Shown: positions 16,542 to 26,992, counted from the first letter of the stretch. The stretch is DNA of 64,000 nt from an uncultured Acidobacteriota bacterium (GCA_963831755.1 CAWHRC010000006.1:1832-65831); one strand, 5' to 3'. Made by a program: numbers and translations. Notes: a model not told the origin generated them from the letters alone.

Positions 16542-17786
16542 ATGACATCGCAGACGGTCGTGATCCTGGGCGGGGGCGTTGGCGGGCTGATCGCCGCCAA
16601 CGAGCTGGCGCGCCGTCTGCGGGGGCCTCACCGTGTCGTCCTCGTCGAGAGGTCCGCCCGCCACGCCTTCGCGCCGTCCTTCCTCTGGCTGATGACCGGC
16701 GACCGGAGGCCGGCGCAGGTCACGCGCGATCTGCCCACGCTCGTCCGACCCCGCGTGGAGATCGTGCAGGCCGAGGCCCGCTCGATCGACTGGGGGGGCC
16801 GCCGGGTCGAGGCCGACGGCCAGGCGATTCCCTTCGACTACCTCGTGATCGCGCTCGGCGCGGAGCTGGCGCCGGAGGCGATCCCGGGCCTCGCGGAGGC
16901 GGCTCACACGTTCTACACGCTCGAGGGAGCGGAGAGGCTGCGTGTCGCCCTCGACGACTTCACCGGTGGATCCGTTGCGGTCGTCGTGAGCGCCCTGCCC
17001 TACAAGTGCCCGGGCGCCCCACACGAGGGCGCTATGCTCCTGGGCGACTACTTCCGGCGGCCGGGGCCTGCGGGAGAAGGTCGAGCTCCACCTCTTCACA
17101 CCGGAAGGCGCAGGCCATGCCGGTGGCAGGGCCGGAACTCGGAGCGGCGGTCAGCGAAGGATGCTTCAGGGCCGGGGCATCGCGTTTCACCCGCTCGCAC
17201 AAGCTCGCGGCCGTCCGGCCGGAGGCTCGCGAGCTCGTCTTCGACGGGAAGCCCGCCGTCGACTACGACCTGCTCGTGGCGATTCCGCCGCATCGCGGCC
17301 CGCGTCTCGTCCGCGAGGCCGGGCTCGCGAACGAGGCAGGCTGGGTGCCCGTCGACCGCAGCACACTCGCCACCGGCGCGAGCGCGTCTACGCCATCGGG
17401 GACGTGACCGCGATCCCGATCCCGGGTCGATGGAAGCCTGACGTACCGCTGATGCTCCCGAAGGCGGGCGTCTTCGCGCATGACCAGGCCCGCATCGTCG
17501 CGCGCGGATCGCTGCGGAGATCGGGGGGACGCCGGCCGAGGAGAGCTTCTGCGGTGACGGGTACTGCATGCTCGAGGCCGGCGAGGAACTGGCCGGGTTC
17601 GCGTTCGGCAACTTCTTCGCCGAGCCCTCGCCCGAGATTCGGCTCCGGCGCGTCGGGAAGCCGTGGCACCTCGGGAAGGTGCTCTTCGAGCAGTGGTGGC
17701 TCATGCCGTTCGGGCTGCGCCGGCGGGCGTTGGAGCTCGCGCTCAAGTCCGGGGCCAGGGCCTACGGCGTGCGCCTGGCGCTGTGA
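16542..17786 (+). pseudogene. Sulfide:quinone oxidoreductase-like FAD oxidoreductase, readable only with at least 6 frame changes
   Basis: The N-terminus is VVILGGGVGGLIAANEL...PYKCPGAPHEGAMLLGDYFRR. Continuation pieces lie in alternating frames: RGLREKVELHLFTPEGA, PMPVAGPELGAAVSE, MLQGRGIAFHPL, HKLAAVRPEARELVFDG...VPVDRSTLATG, ERVYAIGDVTAIPIPGRWKPDVPLMLPKAGVFAH and IAAEIGGTPAEESFCGDGYCMLEAGEE...KVLFEQWW. Confidence 0.75.
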
Positions 17787-18947
17787 CGAAGACCGACGAC
17801 GGGCGAAGTCACCGATTTACCTCGACTACAACGCGACGACGCCCCTGCTTCCCGAGGTGGTCGACGCGATGCTGCCGTACCTTCGGGAGCACTTCGGCAA
17901 CCCCTCGAGCGGGCACGCGTTCGGCCACGCGGCCCGCGTCGCGGTGGACCGGGCGCGCGGAGAGGTCGCTGGCCTTCTCGGCCTGCGACGCCGACGAGAT
18001 CGTCTTCACCTCAGGAGGGACCGAGTCCAACAACCTCGCCATCCGGGGCGTGACCGAGGCCCGCCCCGAGCGGCGGCACGTGGTCACCTCGGTCGATCGA
18101 GCATCCCGCGGTCGCCGCCCCTTGCGCGTGGCTGGAACGTCACGGCTGGCGCGTGACGCGTGCAGGGGTGGACGCGGAGGGCCGAGCCCGGCTCGACGAG
18201 ATCGTCGCCGCCATGGGCGAGGACACGGCGCTCGTGTCGATCATGCACGCCAACAACGAGACGGGCGTCCTTCAGCCCGTCGAGGCCGTCGCGAAGGCGG
18301 CTCGGGACCGCGGGGCTATCGTGCACTCGGACGCCGCACAGTCGGTCGGGAAGGTCCCCGTCTCCGTGCGCTCGCTGGGCGTTGACCTGCTCTCGATCGT
18401 CGGCCACAAGGTCTATGCGCCCAAGGGCGTCGGCGCCCTCTACGTCCGTCGGGGAACGCCGCTTGTGCCTCTCGCGCTCGGGGCGGGCCACGAACGGGGG
18501 CTGCGGCCGGGCACGGAGAACGTGGCCTCGGTCGTCGGCCTTGGTGCGGCGTGCGAACGCGCGCGGCGTGATCTCGAGGTCGAGGGCGCTCGTGTCCAGG
18601 TGTTGCGAGAGCAGCTCTGGCAGAGCCTGCGGGCAGAGGTTCCTGGTATCGCCATCAACGGCCATCCGACGGAGCGACTCCCCAATACGCTCAACGTACG
18701 GTTCCCAGGGGTGTCGGGAATGACCCTGCTGGCTGCTGCTCCAGGCGTGGCGGCATCGACGGGCTCGGCGTGTCACGAGGGCCACGAAGAGCCGCCGGCA
18801 GTGATCGTGGCGATGGGCGTGTCGCCTGGGGAAGCCCTCGGGAGCGTGCGCCTCACGCTGGGCCGCCGGACGAGAGACGAGGATATCGCGCGGGCCGCCA
18901 CAGCGCTCGCAGAGGCGTGGCGGTCCTTGGACGGGAGGACGTCATGA
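17783..18947 (+). pseudogene. Cysteine desulfurase (NifS/IscS class V aminotransferase), at least 3 frame changes
   Basis: SPIYLDYNATTPLLPEVVDAMLPYLREHFGNPSS is in one frame and DEIVFTSGGTESNNLAIRG in another. The long 3' part from 18153 carries SIVGHKVYAPKGVGALY (PLP lysine) and ASTGSACH (catalytic Cys). The GTG start probably overlaps the SQR stop (GTGA). Confidence 0.75.
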
Positions 18948-19146
18948 CGAGACGGAACGGCGTGCTGCGGCGGTCGTCGCGGCTTGCCCGGGCATCGTGG
19001 TGCACCGAATGACGGCGCTGCGCCATGCGCTTCACTCTACAGGTCCCGTGACCGGCCCACCCGGCCAGACGCCGACTGCGGGGCGGCTCACGGTGCGGTC
19101 GGCCGACGCGAGATGACGAGGTGCTTCCTGCCGTAAGCTGTTCCGA

Positions 19147-21754
19147 ATGAGCCTCGAGTGACTACCGGAGAAAGCGCGACTTCTCCCGTACCCCCGAGCC
19201 ACCTGGTGAGGAGCAGCCCTCCGGCGGGTACTCGTACTGCATTCAGAAGCACGCGGCTTCACGACTCCACTACGATTTCCGCCTCGAGCTGGACGGCGTC
19301 CTCCTGAGCTGGGCCGTCCCGAAGGGACCGTCCTTCGATCCGCGGGAGAAGAGGCTCGCGATGCGGGTCGAGGACCATCCGGTGGCCTATGGCTCGTTCG
19401 AAGGCGTGATCCCGGAGGGGGAGTATGGCGCCGGGGCGGTGGTGCTCTGGGACCGCGGGACGTGGACGCCGCTCGTCGACCCGAGCCTGGCACTCAAGAA
19501 GGGCGAGCTGAAGTTCCAGCTGCACGGCAAGAAGCTCGCCGGCAAGTGGGCGCTCGTGAAGATCAAGGGGGACGACCCCAAGGCCTGGCTGCTCGTGAAG
19601 GACAGGGACGAGCACGCGCGCACGGCGTCGGAGCTGGACATAGTGAGCGCGCGGCCGGAGAGCGTCGTGAGCGGGCGCGGGCTCGCCGAGGTGGCCGCCG
19701 AGCGGGACCGCCTGTGGCACTCGCGGGTGGTCCGCCCCGGAGGCGAGGTCGATCCTGGCGGACCAGCGGAGGGAGACGGCGGCGCGCGCCTGCGCCTCTC
19801 CGACCTCGAAGGCGCGGTGCGCGGCAACCTGCCTCGCACGCAGCCGCTGGCGCTGGCGACGGTGGTCGAGACGCCGCCTTCGGGCGACGAGTGGCTCCAC
19901 GAGATCAAGCACGACGGGTACCGGATCGTGGCCCGGATCGACGAGGGCGAGGTGCAGCTCGTCTCGCGCAACGGCAAGGACTGGACGAAGGAGTTCCCTC
20001 AGGTGGCCCGTGCCGTCGGCCGGCTGCGTGCGGGAACGGCGCTGCTCGACGGCGAGGTCGCCGCGGTGCTGCCGAACGGGCACACGAGCTTCCAGGCGCT
20101 CCAGCGGCGATCGGACGGAGCGACGCCGCTCGTCTACTTCGCGTTCGACCTCCTGCATCTCGACGGCTGGGACCTGCGGCCGGTGAGGCTCGACGAGCGC
20201 AAGCAGGTGCTGCGGCGGCTGCTCGACGGCGGGCCCGAGGCCCTTCGCTTCAGCGACCACGTGCGCGGCCACGGCCCCGAGTTCTTCGCGAAGGCGAAGC
20301 AGGCAGGGGTCGAAGGCGTCGTCAGCAAGCGCGCCGACGCTCCGTACCGCGAGGGGCGCGGCGGAGACTGGCGGAAGGCGAAGTGCCGGCTGACCCAGGA
20401 GGTGGTGATCGGCGGCTGGACGCTGCCGTCCGACGGACGCGCGTCGATCGGAGCGCTGCACGTGGGTTTCTACGAACAGGAGACCCTCGTGTACGCGGGC
20501 AAGGTGGGCTCCGGCTTCAGCGAGCGTCTGCTCGAGGACCTGCTTCACCGGCTCGAGGCTCGCCGGCGGGAGACGTCCCCCTTCGCTTCCGTGCCCCCGG
20601 AGATGCAGCGCGGTGCGCGCTGGGTCGAGCCGGACCTGGTGGCCCAGGTCGAGTTCGCGGAGTGGACGGACGAGGGCCGGATGCGGCAGCCGGTCTTCCT
20701 CGGGATTCGGGAAGACCGCGAGGCTCGTCACGTCGCGCGTGAGCGGCCCGGCATCGTCGAGGGCGGCGGCATCGACAGCGTCGCCGCGGGCCGGCCGTGG
20801 GAGTCCCTGCGCCAGCATGCGCCGCCGCGTACGCGGACCGTGACCGGCGACGAGGTCGTCGACCTCCTGGGAGTGCGCCTGACGCATCCCGATCGGGTCT
20901 ACTACCCCGACCTGGGCTTCACGAAGCTGGACCTCGCGCTCTACTACGTCGCGATCGCCGACTCTCGTGCTGCCGTATCTCGAGGGCCGCCCGCTCACCC
21001 TCGTGCGCTGCCCGGACGGGCTCGGCGGCGAGACGTTCTTTCAGAAGAAGGCCGGCTTCTGGACGCCGCCGCAGCTGCGGCGCATCGCCGTTCCGGAGAA
21101 GGGCGAGGAGCATCTCATCGTCGACTCGGTGCCCGGCCTGGTCGCTCTCGCGCAGGCCGGCATCCTCGAGGTCCACCCCTGGAACTCGCGAACCAGCGCG
21201 GCTCGAGCAGCCGGACCAGGTCATCTTCGACCTCGATCCTGACGAGGCGCTCCCGTTCTCACGCGTCACGGCTGCGGCCCGGCGCGTGCGGGCCCTGCTC
21301 GGCGAGAAGGGCCTGCGAGAGCTTCGTGAAGACGACGGGTGGCAAGGGCCTGCACGTGTGCCTGCCACTGGAGCCGGAGCAGGGGTGGGAGGCGCTCGAG
21401 GAGTTCACGCGCGCCGTGGCACTTCGGCTCGCACGCGAGGAGCCGGAGACGTTCACGGCGAACATGGCCAAGGCGCAGCGCAAGGGCAAGATCTACGTGG
21501 ACTACCTCCGGAACGTCCGGGGTGCGAACGCCGTGGGCGTCTTCTCGACGCGTGCTCACGCCGGCGCGCCCGTCTCGGTGCCGGTGGATTGGAACGAGCT
21601 CGACCGGCTCTCGGGTGCGGCCGACTTCACCGTCGCGGAGGTGCCCCTGCGGGTGGTTGGCTTCGCGTCCGGCCAGGCCGTCGATCCCTGGGCGAAGTAC
21701 CGGCAGGTGAAGCAACGGGTGCCCGAATCGCTCACGCGCGACCTCGCGGGTTGA
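19147..21754 (+). pseudogene. ligD: Multidomain ATP-dependent DNA ligase LigD (phosphoesterase - ligase - polymerase), at least 4 frame changes
   Basis: MSLE then, after a frameshift, DYRRKRDFSRTPEP...YCIQKHAASRLHYDFRLE (PE domain). The ligase part has WLHEIKHDGYR and EGVVSKR. The Pol domain is split over three frames: YYVAIADS / VLPYLEGRPLTLVRCPDG...FFQKK / PDQVIFDLDPDE / SFVKTTGGKGLHVCLPLE. The track ORF start at 19361 is internal. Confidence 0.85.
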
Positions 21755-21989
21755 GTTGCCCAGGCGGGCGCTTCTTAGAAGCGACGTCAACTTCGGCGGC
21801 GCCGGCCTGGTGTCCTCCGGCGGTCCGGCGACCGCAGGCGCCAAGGCTGCCGCCCCGCTGGCCCCACTGGCCGGAGCCGATGGCTTGCTGATGAGCGGCG
21901 AAGGCCGGCCCCTGGGTTGGTAGTCGTCACCAAGCGTCCACAGCGTCGGGTCAGGGTCACCGCGGACTGGACGCCCGCCCCTCGGAGCG

Positions 21990-22508
21990 TCAGCTCGTCG
22001 AATCGGCTTCGATCTGACGGGCGATTCGCTCGCGTGAGGTCGGATCGACGGGTGTTTGCCCGAGTCGCTCGATCAGGGTGGAGGGTGCGACCAGGCGGTG
22101 GTTGATGGCCGCCCGCACGTACTCCCGATCCTTTTCCCGGCCCGCGACGTACTTCGAGACCACGAGATCGTGGGGCTCGAGGCACAGCCCTCGCCCCGCG
22201 GACGTCGGTACGGTGATGAGGCGTGCTTGCCAGCCGTCGGGCAAGACCGCCGTGCGCTCGCCGACGGCCTGCGCGTAGTAGCCGTACGTTTCGTGAAAGG
22301 GCGACAGCTCGCCGATGGAGCCCTCGATGAGGTCGGCGCGCTCGGGGTGGTTCCGCGGGTACAAATCCACGTCCGCGGACACGAGCAACTCAGCCGGGGC
22401 CTCGGGGTAGCGGCCGAGAATCGCCTGGCTGCCGATGACGACGATGTCCGTGTCGCCGGCGATCGCCGCCGCTGCCCGGATGACGTGCTCCAGCTGGCTG
22501 CGGTTCAC
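21990..22508 (-). CDS. Minimal nucleotidyltransferase-fold protein (MNT/DUF6036-like)
   Basis: Read from GTG 22508: MNRSQLEHVIRAAAAIAGDTDIVVIGSQAILGRYPEAPAELLVSADVDLYP (the GS...DxD NTase motif). The GTG overlaps the upstream TGA (GTGA, 22508..22505). Confidence 0.65.
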   Translation of the reverse strand: MNRSQLEHVIRAAAAIAGDTDIVVIGSQAILGRYPEAPAELLVSADVDLYPRNHPERADLIEGSIGELSPFHETYGYYAQAVGERTAVLPDGWQARLITVPTSAGRGLCLEPHDLVVSKYVAGREKDREYVRAAINHRLVAPSTLIERLGQTPVDPTSRERIARQIEADSTS

Positions 22509-22834
22509 CCGCGCGCCGTTCTCCCATGGGTGCGGCGCCAAATGGACCAGCGCGTTCTGGGCTCGAGGAAGCCGGCGAAGGGGGAGTTCTGACGGAGTTG
22601 CCGCGCTCGTTCTCCTGGGTCCGTGAGCACGCGCGCGACGTCCTCGACCGGTGCGGCCAGGACGGAGTGCCAGGCCTCGGCATAGGCCCCTGCAACAGAC
22701 CCGTCGCGGAGCCAGTCGCTCACTCGTCGGCGCGCGCGCTCGATGAGGGCCGGCTCCTCGAGAAGCCGCTGCGCCACGGCCCGATGGAGCTCCAGGCTCG
22801 CGTCTTCTGTGAGGGTATGCAGTCCGTCCGTCAC
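22505..22834 (-). CDS. Small helical protein, partner of the downstream nucleotidyltransferase
   Basis: 109-aa ORF ending ...ARQLRQNSPFAGFLEPRTRWSIW. It is translationally coupled to the NTase gene. The family is not recognised and no clear Rx4-6H HEPN motif is present. Confidence 0.55.
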   Translation of the reverse strand: MTDGLHTLTEDASLELHRAVAQRLLEEPALIERARRRVSDWLRDGSVAGAYAEAWHSVLAAPVEDVARVLTDPGERARQLRQNSPFAGFLEPRTRWSIWRRTHGRTARG

Positions 22835-23138
22835 GGAGGCAGTCTAGCATCCGCGCTCGACGTCATGGCCGCGCCAGTGACGAGGCTGGCCGTGGCCGCG
22901 CTCGATCGGCGAACCCGTGACTGGGTGCAGAATGCGGTCCAGACGCTCGTCGAACGCGCCGGCTCTCCTACGGAGGGGCGCGAGACCGGCAACGGCGCGT
23001 TCTCGGGGCGTGAAGTGGTCCCATTCGCGACTGGGAAGTGTGGGCTGAGTCAGACGGCAACAACGCGGCCAAGGACCACGACAAGACGTGCGAGCTGGCC
23101 GTCCGAGGATGGCTCGGCCGAATGGGAGCGGAGCAGGT

Positions 23139-23606
23139 ATGAGGGGAGTGGTCGCGTGGACGGCAGCCGGGCTGCTCGCTGCATCGTTCGCAGCAGGCCA
23201 GCTGGTCGACATCAGCTACGATCAGAAGAACCCGCAACGGCGGCAGTCCATTCGCTTCCGGGCGATGGACGTGATCCTGATCGAGGCGGCTACGGGGCAG
23301 CGCGCAGTCGTCCAGTTCACCGTGCTGGGCTCACGGCATGGCACCTATCGCTGGCGCTACCGACGATCCGGGTCGAGCGAGGTGCTGTCGGGTGTCGGAA
23401 CCGTCCAGGAGAAGTACGAGGAAGTGCCGGACGGCCCGGGACGAGGGCACGTGCTGCCGCTTCCTGGCCACGACACGATAGTCCGGATGGGTGAGCTGCG
23501 GGCCGCGTGGTCGTGGGCGGACGAACGGTCGGCCTATCTGTACTACCACCCACGGCGGGCCAAGGTGACGCTGCTTCCGGCGGGGTCTTTCGAGAAAGGG
23601 CCGTGA
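23139..23606 (+). CDS. Secreted hypothetical protein
   Basis: Signal-peptide-like MRGVVAWTAAGLLAASFAAGQ after a GGAGCAGG RBS. The family is not recognised. Confidence 0.5.
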   Translation: MRGVVAWTAAGLLAASFAAGQLVDISYDQKNPQRRQSIRFRAMDVILIEAATGQRAVVQFTVLGSRHGTYRWRYRRSGSSEVLSGVGTVQEKYEEVPDGPGRGHVLPLPGHDTIVRMGELRAAWSWADERSAYLYYHPRRAKVTLLPAGSFEKGP

Positions 23607-23813
23607 AGGCGCCGGCGACGCCGGTTCATTACCTCGCCAGCCCGGCGTTCTGGCTCGGGCTGGCGGTGTGCGCGGCGTTCCACGCTGCGGCGGTGCGGTC
23701 AAGGACGAGACGCCGTTCGTTGACGCTGGCTGCCGTGCAGGTCGACATCCCGCGCGTAGAATGGCGCGTCCGACCGAAGCCCGCCGCGCCGGCGGTCACC
23801 AGGGGGTGAATGA

Positions 23814-25511
23814 ATGCGCATCGCGCTGCTCTCGAGCCTGCTCCTCGTGGCGGCCGTCGGCCCCACCTGGCCCGCCGTGGCCGTGGACACGAATCCGGCT
23901 GCGCCGCCAGTCGCCGTCGGGCTGCGCGATCGGGAAACGATCGTGTTCTACGGCGACTCGATCACAGAGCAGAACCTCTACACGGCGTACCTCGAGACCT
24001 TCCTGCTCTCGCGTTTCCCGAAGAAGCAGCTCGCCGTCTTCAACTTCGGCTGGAGTGGCGATACCGCATCGGGCGGCAACAAGCGCTTCGCGCGAGACGT
24101 CGTGCCCGTGCAGCCGTCACTCGTCTTCGTGAACTTCGGCATGAACGACGGCGGCTACAAGGCGTACGACGAGGCGACGTTCCGCAACTACGTGGCCGCG
24201 CAGAGCGCCCTGGCGGACGCGATCCGGGCGGCCGGGGCACGACAGGTGCTCTTCACGCCTTCTCCGGTCGACGACGTCGTGCGCAAGGACCGGGGCGTGT
24301 ACAACGACACGCTCTCACGCATGGCGCTCGGCCTCGGCCAGCTCGCCGCCGAACGGGGGCTGCCGCTGATCGACCTGCTCCACCCGATGCTGGAGGTGCA
24401 GCGCCGCGCCAAGGAGAGGGACCCGGGCTTCACGATGATCCCCGACAGCGTCCATCCCGACGCCGTGGGTCACCTGGTGATGGCGTATCTCGCCATCCGC
24501 CAGATCGACGCGCCCCGCGTGGTCGGGGAGATCGTCGTCGATGGAGCTGCCGTGACCGCCCACGGCGCCACGGCAGGAAACGCCGCCAGCCGGGACGGGG
24601 GAGTCGAGTTCGACCTGACGCTGCCCTTCCTGCCGTTCTACGTCCCGAAGGAGGCGCGCCACGCGCTCGAGCTCGTCCCGCTGCAGGAAGAGCTGAACCG
24701 CTTTCGCCTGCAGGCGAGGCCGGGTCAGGGAAGCGAGCCTCTCGTGCTCTCGGTCGACGGGAAGACGGCCGGCGTCTTCACGAAGGACGAGCTCGGCCGC
24801 GGCGTCGACCTGGCGCTGCTCGACGACGCGCCGTGGGCCGCCGCGGGACGCACGCTGTGGGAAGCGGCGCAGTACCGCTGGCGGAAGCACTTCGAGGCCT
24901 GGCGCGTGATGGGGCTGCAGAAGCCGGCCTGGATGATGCCGGACCTCGCCAGCTTCGAGCCGCACGCTCGGGCGCAGCGAGCCTACGCGGACGAGCTCGG
25001 CCGCTCACTGGGGGCCCTCGCTCGACCTGGAACCTACCACCTCGCCTTGCGGCCGCAGGGCGAGGTCGTGGCGATCCGCTCGCTCGAGCTGTCGCCGACC
25101 TACCCGCTGGTGACCTTCGACGCCGTGCAGCCGCCCGAGAAGAGCACGGCCGGCGTGACCTGGACGCCCGCCCCGTTCGTGGACGGGCGGATCGACCTCG
25201 GCGCGCGCTACTCGGGGGCCTACGACGTCGTCGCCTACGCCCGCCTCGTGCTCCAGGCGGACCGGGCAACGACGCTCCATCTGGCCATGGGCAGTGACGA
25301 CGGGCTGGCCGTGTTCCTGGGCGGTCGCCGCGTCTTCGCTCACGACGTCCTGCGTGGGCTGAAGCGGGGCGAGGACGAAGTCGAGCTGCCTCTCGTCGCC
25401 GGTCGCAACGAGCTGCTCTTCAAGGTGACCCAGGCCGGGGGGGATTTCGGTCTCGCAGTCGATGCGCGTGTGCGGGGCCTGGGCAGGGTCGAGCAGGTCG
25501 CTCCTCAGTGA
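23814..25511 (+). CDS. Secreted SGNH/GDSL-family hydrolase with a C-terminal beta-sandwich-like domain
   Basis: It has a signal peptide MRIALLSSLLLVAAVG and blocks FYGDSITEQ (I), GWSGD (II), GMNDG (III) and DSVHP (V). The ORF is an intact 565 aa. Confidence 0.8.
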   Translation: MRIALLSSLLLVAAVGPTWPAVAVDTNPAAPPVAVGLRDRETIVFYGDSITEQNLYTAYLETFLLSRFPKKQLAVFNFGWSGDTASGGNKRFARDVVPVQPSLVFVNFGMNDGGYKAYDEATFRNYVAAQSALADAIRAAGARQVLFTPSPVDDVVRKDRGVYNDTLSRMALGLGQLAAERGLPLIDLLHPMLEVQRRAKERDPGFTMIPDSVHPDAVGHLVMAYLAIRQIDAPRVVGEIVVDGAAVTAHGATAGNAASRDGGVEFDLTLPFLPFYVPKEARHALELVPLQEELNRFRLQARPGQGSEPLVLSVDGKTAGVFTKDELGRGVDLALLDDAPWAAAGRTLWEAAQYRWRKHFEAWRVMGLQKPAWMMPDLASFEPHARAQRAYADELGRSLGALARPGTYHLALRPQGEVVAIRSLELSPTYPLVTFDAVQPPEKSTAGVTWTPAPFVDGRIDLGARYSGAYDVVAYARLVLQADRATTLHLAMGSDDGLAVFLGGRRVFAHDVLRGLKRGEDEVELPLVAGRNELLFKVTQAGGDFGLAVDARVRGLGRVEQVAPQ

Positions 25512-25639
25512 GGCCGGCGCGTCGTGCTCGTGGGGTCGTCGATGGATCCCGGAATCGCCCTGCGAGTAGCCGTCCGGACAGCGCCAAGGAATCACGAGAA
25601 CGAACGGTGTCGCTCTCGCTCTACCCGAGGCGAGACCTG

Positions 25640-25952
25640 AACGATATCAGTAGATCGGCGATTCCGTGGCGACCTGAAGATCCGGGTGGTCAACGTCGTC
25701 GACCTCATGAAGCTGCAGCCGTAAAGCGGCACCCGCATGGCTTGAGCGACATCGAGTTCGACGAGCTCTTCGCCAAGGACAAGCCGGTCATCTTCGCCTT
25801 CCACCGTCGACCGCCTGCCACAGACGGGAGAGGAGGGCATCTACCTGAAGCTGCAGCTCAAGGGCAGGCTAATCGAGCACCGGCAATACATCGACAAGCA
25901 CGGCGAAGACATGCCGGAAGTCCGGAACTGGAAGTGGGGCAACGGCGAATGA
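25640..25952 (+). pseudogene. Phosphoketolase (XFP) 3'-terminal remnant with a stop, a frameshift and an internal deletion
   Basis: LKIRVVNVVDLMKLQP* is followed in another frame by HPHGLSDIEFDELFAKDKPVIFAFH. A third frame then gives VDRLPQTGEEGIYLKLQLKGRLIEHRQYIDKHGEDMPEVRNWKW. About 60 aa expected between the last two pieces are absent. Confidence 0.7.
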
Positions 25953-26174
25953 ACGTGCCGGATCGCCGACCACGGCTGGACGGCCGGCGCGTTGTGGGAG
26001 GACACGAAGTTCGCGATGCGCCACTTCCGCGACATCGACCGCCTGGCGGTGGTCGGCGAGAAGAAGTGGCAGGAAGGGATGGCGACGTTCTGCAAACCGT
26101 TCACCCAGGCGACCGTCCGATACTTCGATCACGCCGACGCCGCCGAGGCGCGAGAGTGGTTAGGCGAGGCGTAG
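25953..26174 (+). pseudogene. STAS/SpoIIAA-like (DUF3478-type) protein, 5'-truncated remnant
   Basis: Sequence is ...HGWTAGALWEDTKFAMRHFRDIDRLAVVGEKKWQEGMATFCKPFTQATVRYFDHADAAEAREWLGEA. It starts directly after the phosphoketolase-remnant stop with no N-terminal half. Confidence 0.55.
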
Positions 26175-26396
26175 CGGCCCGACCGCGCGACCGACGCGAG
26201 TGGGCGCTGCTTCCGAAGATCGCCGACAGGCGCCGCCCAAAGCTGAGCGCGCGTCAGCGAACGCGGGAGTGGTCGTCTCGGCGCGTGGTAGCGTCGTGGA
26301 CGCCCGGTTCGAGGAACATCTGCCGCTGGTCTATTCGCTGCTGCGCGCTGGAGACGACGGCTCGCGGCGTCGCGGGACTCGAGTGACGGGGAGTCG

Positions 26397-26990
26397 TCAC
26401 CCGTCCAGCAGCCGCTCGGCCGCGTAGCGCGCCGCCGCGACGGCTCGCGGGTCCTCGTCCAGCACGGCCGAAGCGACGGCGCCGTCGTACAGCACGACGA
26501 GCGCCCGCGCCACACGGTCCGGCTGGCGGACGCCCGCGGAGCTCACGAGGCCGCGGAAGAGCTCGTGGATCCAGGCGCGGTGGCGGCGGGTCACGAGACG
26601 CGCCGGGTGGGAGGGATCGGGCAGCTCGCTGGCGGCGTTCAGGAAGGGACAGCCACGAAAGTCCGCGCTCTTCGCCCAGGTTTCCAGCAGGCCGAACAGC
26701 TTCAGGAGGCCCGCGCGGCCGTCGCTCGGCCGCACCTGGCTGGCGACGCGCGCTCGCCAGTCCTCGGCCCGACGCTCGAGGTAGGCAGCCACGAGGTCGT
26801 CCTTCGACGGATAGTGGGCGTAGAGAGAGGCCTTGGCGGCGCCGGCCTCCGCCAGCACCCGGTCGATGCCGACGGCGTGCAGCCCCTGGGCGTAGAAGAG
26901 CTGGCAGGCCGAGTCCAGGATCCTCCGCTCGGCCTTCTGCTCGACCGCCCCGTCCCGGCGTGGGCGACCACGCCGTTTCACGTCCCCCAC
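26397..26990 (-). CDS. TetR-family transcriptional regulator
   Basis: Sequence is RILDSACQLFYAQGLHAVGIDRVLAEAGAAKASLYAHYPSKDDLV. The start is GTG at 26990. Confidence 0.9.
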   Translation of the reverse strand: MGDVKRRGRPRRDGAVEQKAERRILDSACQLFYAQGLHAVGIDRVLAEAGAAKASLYAHYPSKDDLVAAYLERRAEDWRARVASQVRPSDGRAGLLKLFGLLETWAKSADFRGCPFLNAASELPDPSHPARLVTRRHRAWIHELFRGLVSSAGVRQPDRVARALVVLYDGAVASAVLDEDPRAVAAARYAAERLLDG

Positions 26991-26992
26991 GC

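Noticed and set aside
19259-20998. 579-aa minus-strand ORF.
   Set aside because: It is antisense to the LigD gene, whose plus-strand frames carry clear PE, ligase and polymerase motifs. The minus-strand product is Arg/Ala/Pro-rich with no recognisable motif.
22835-23138. Possible small genes in the gap between the NTase pair and the secreted protein (plus strand MAAPVTRLAVAALDRRTRDWVQNAVQTLVERAG...; minus strand ...FTPRERAVAGLAPLRRRAGAFDERLDRILHPVTG...).
   Set aside because: No RBS or start context, motif or family recognition was found. The two candidates are mutually antisense, so at most one could be real.
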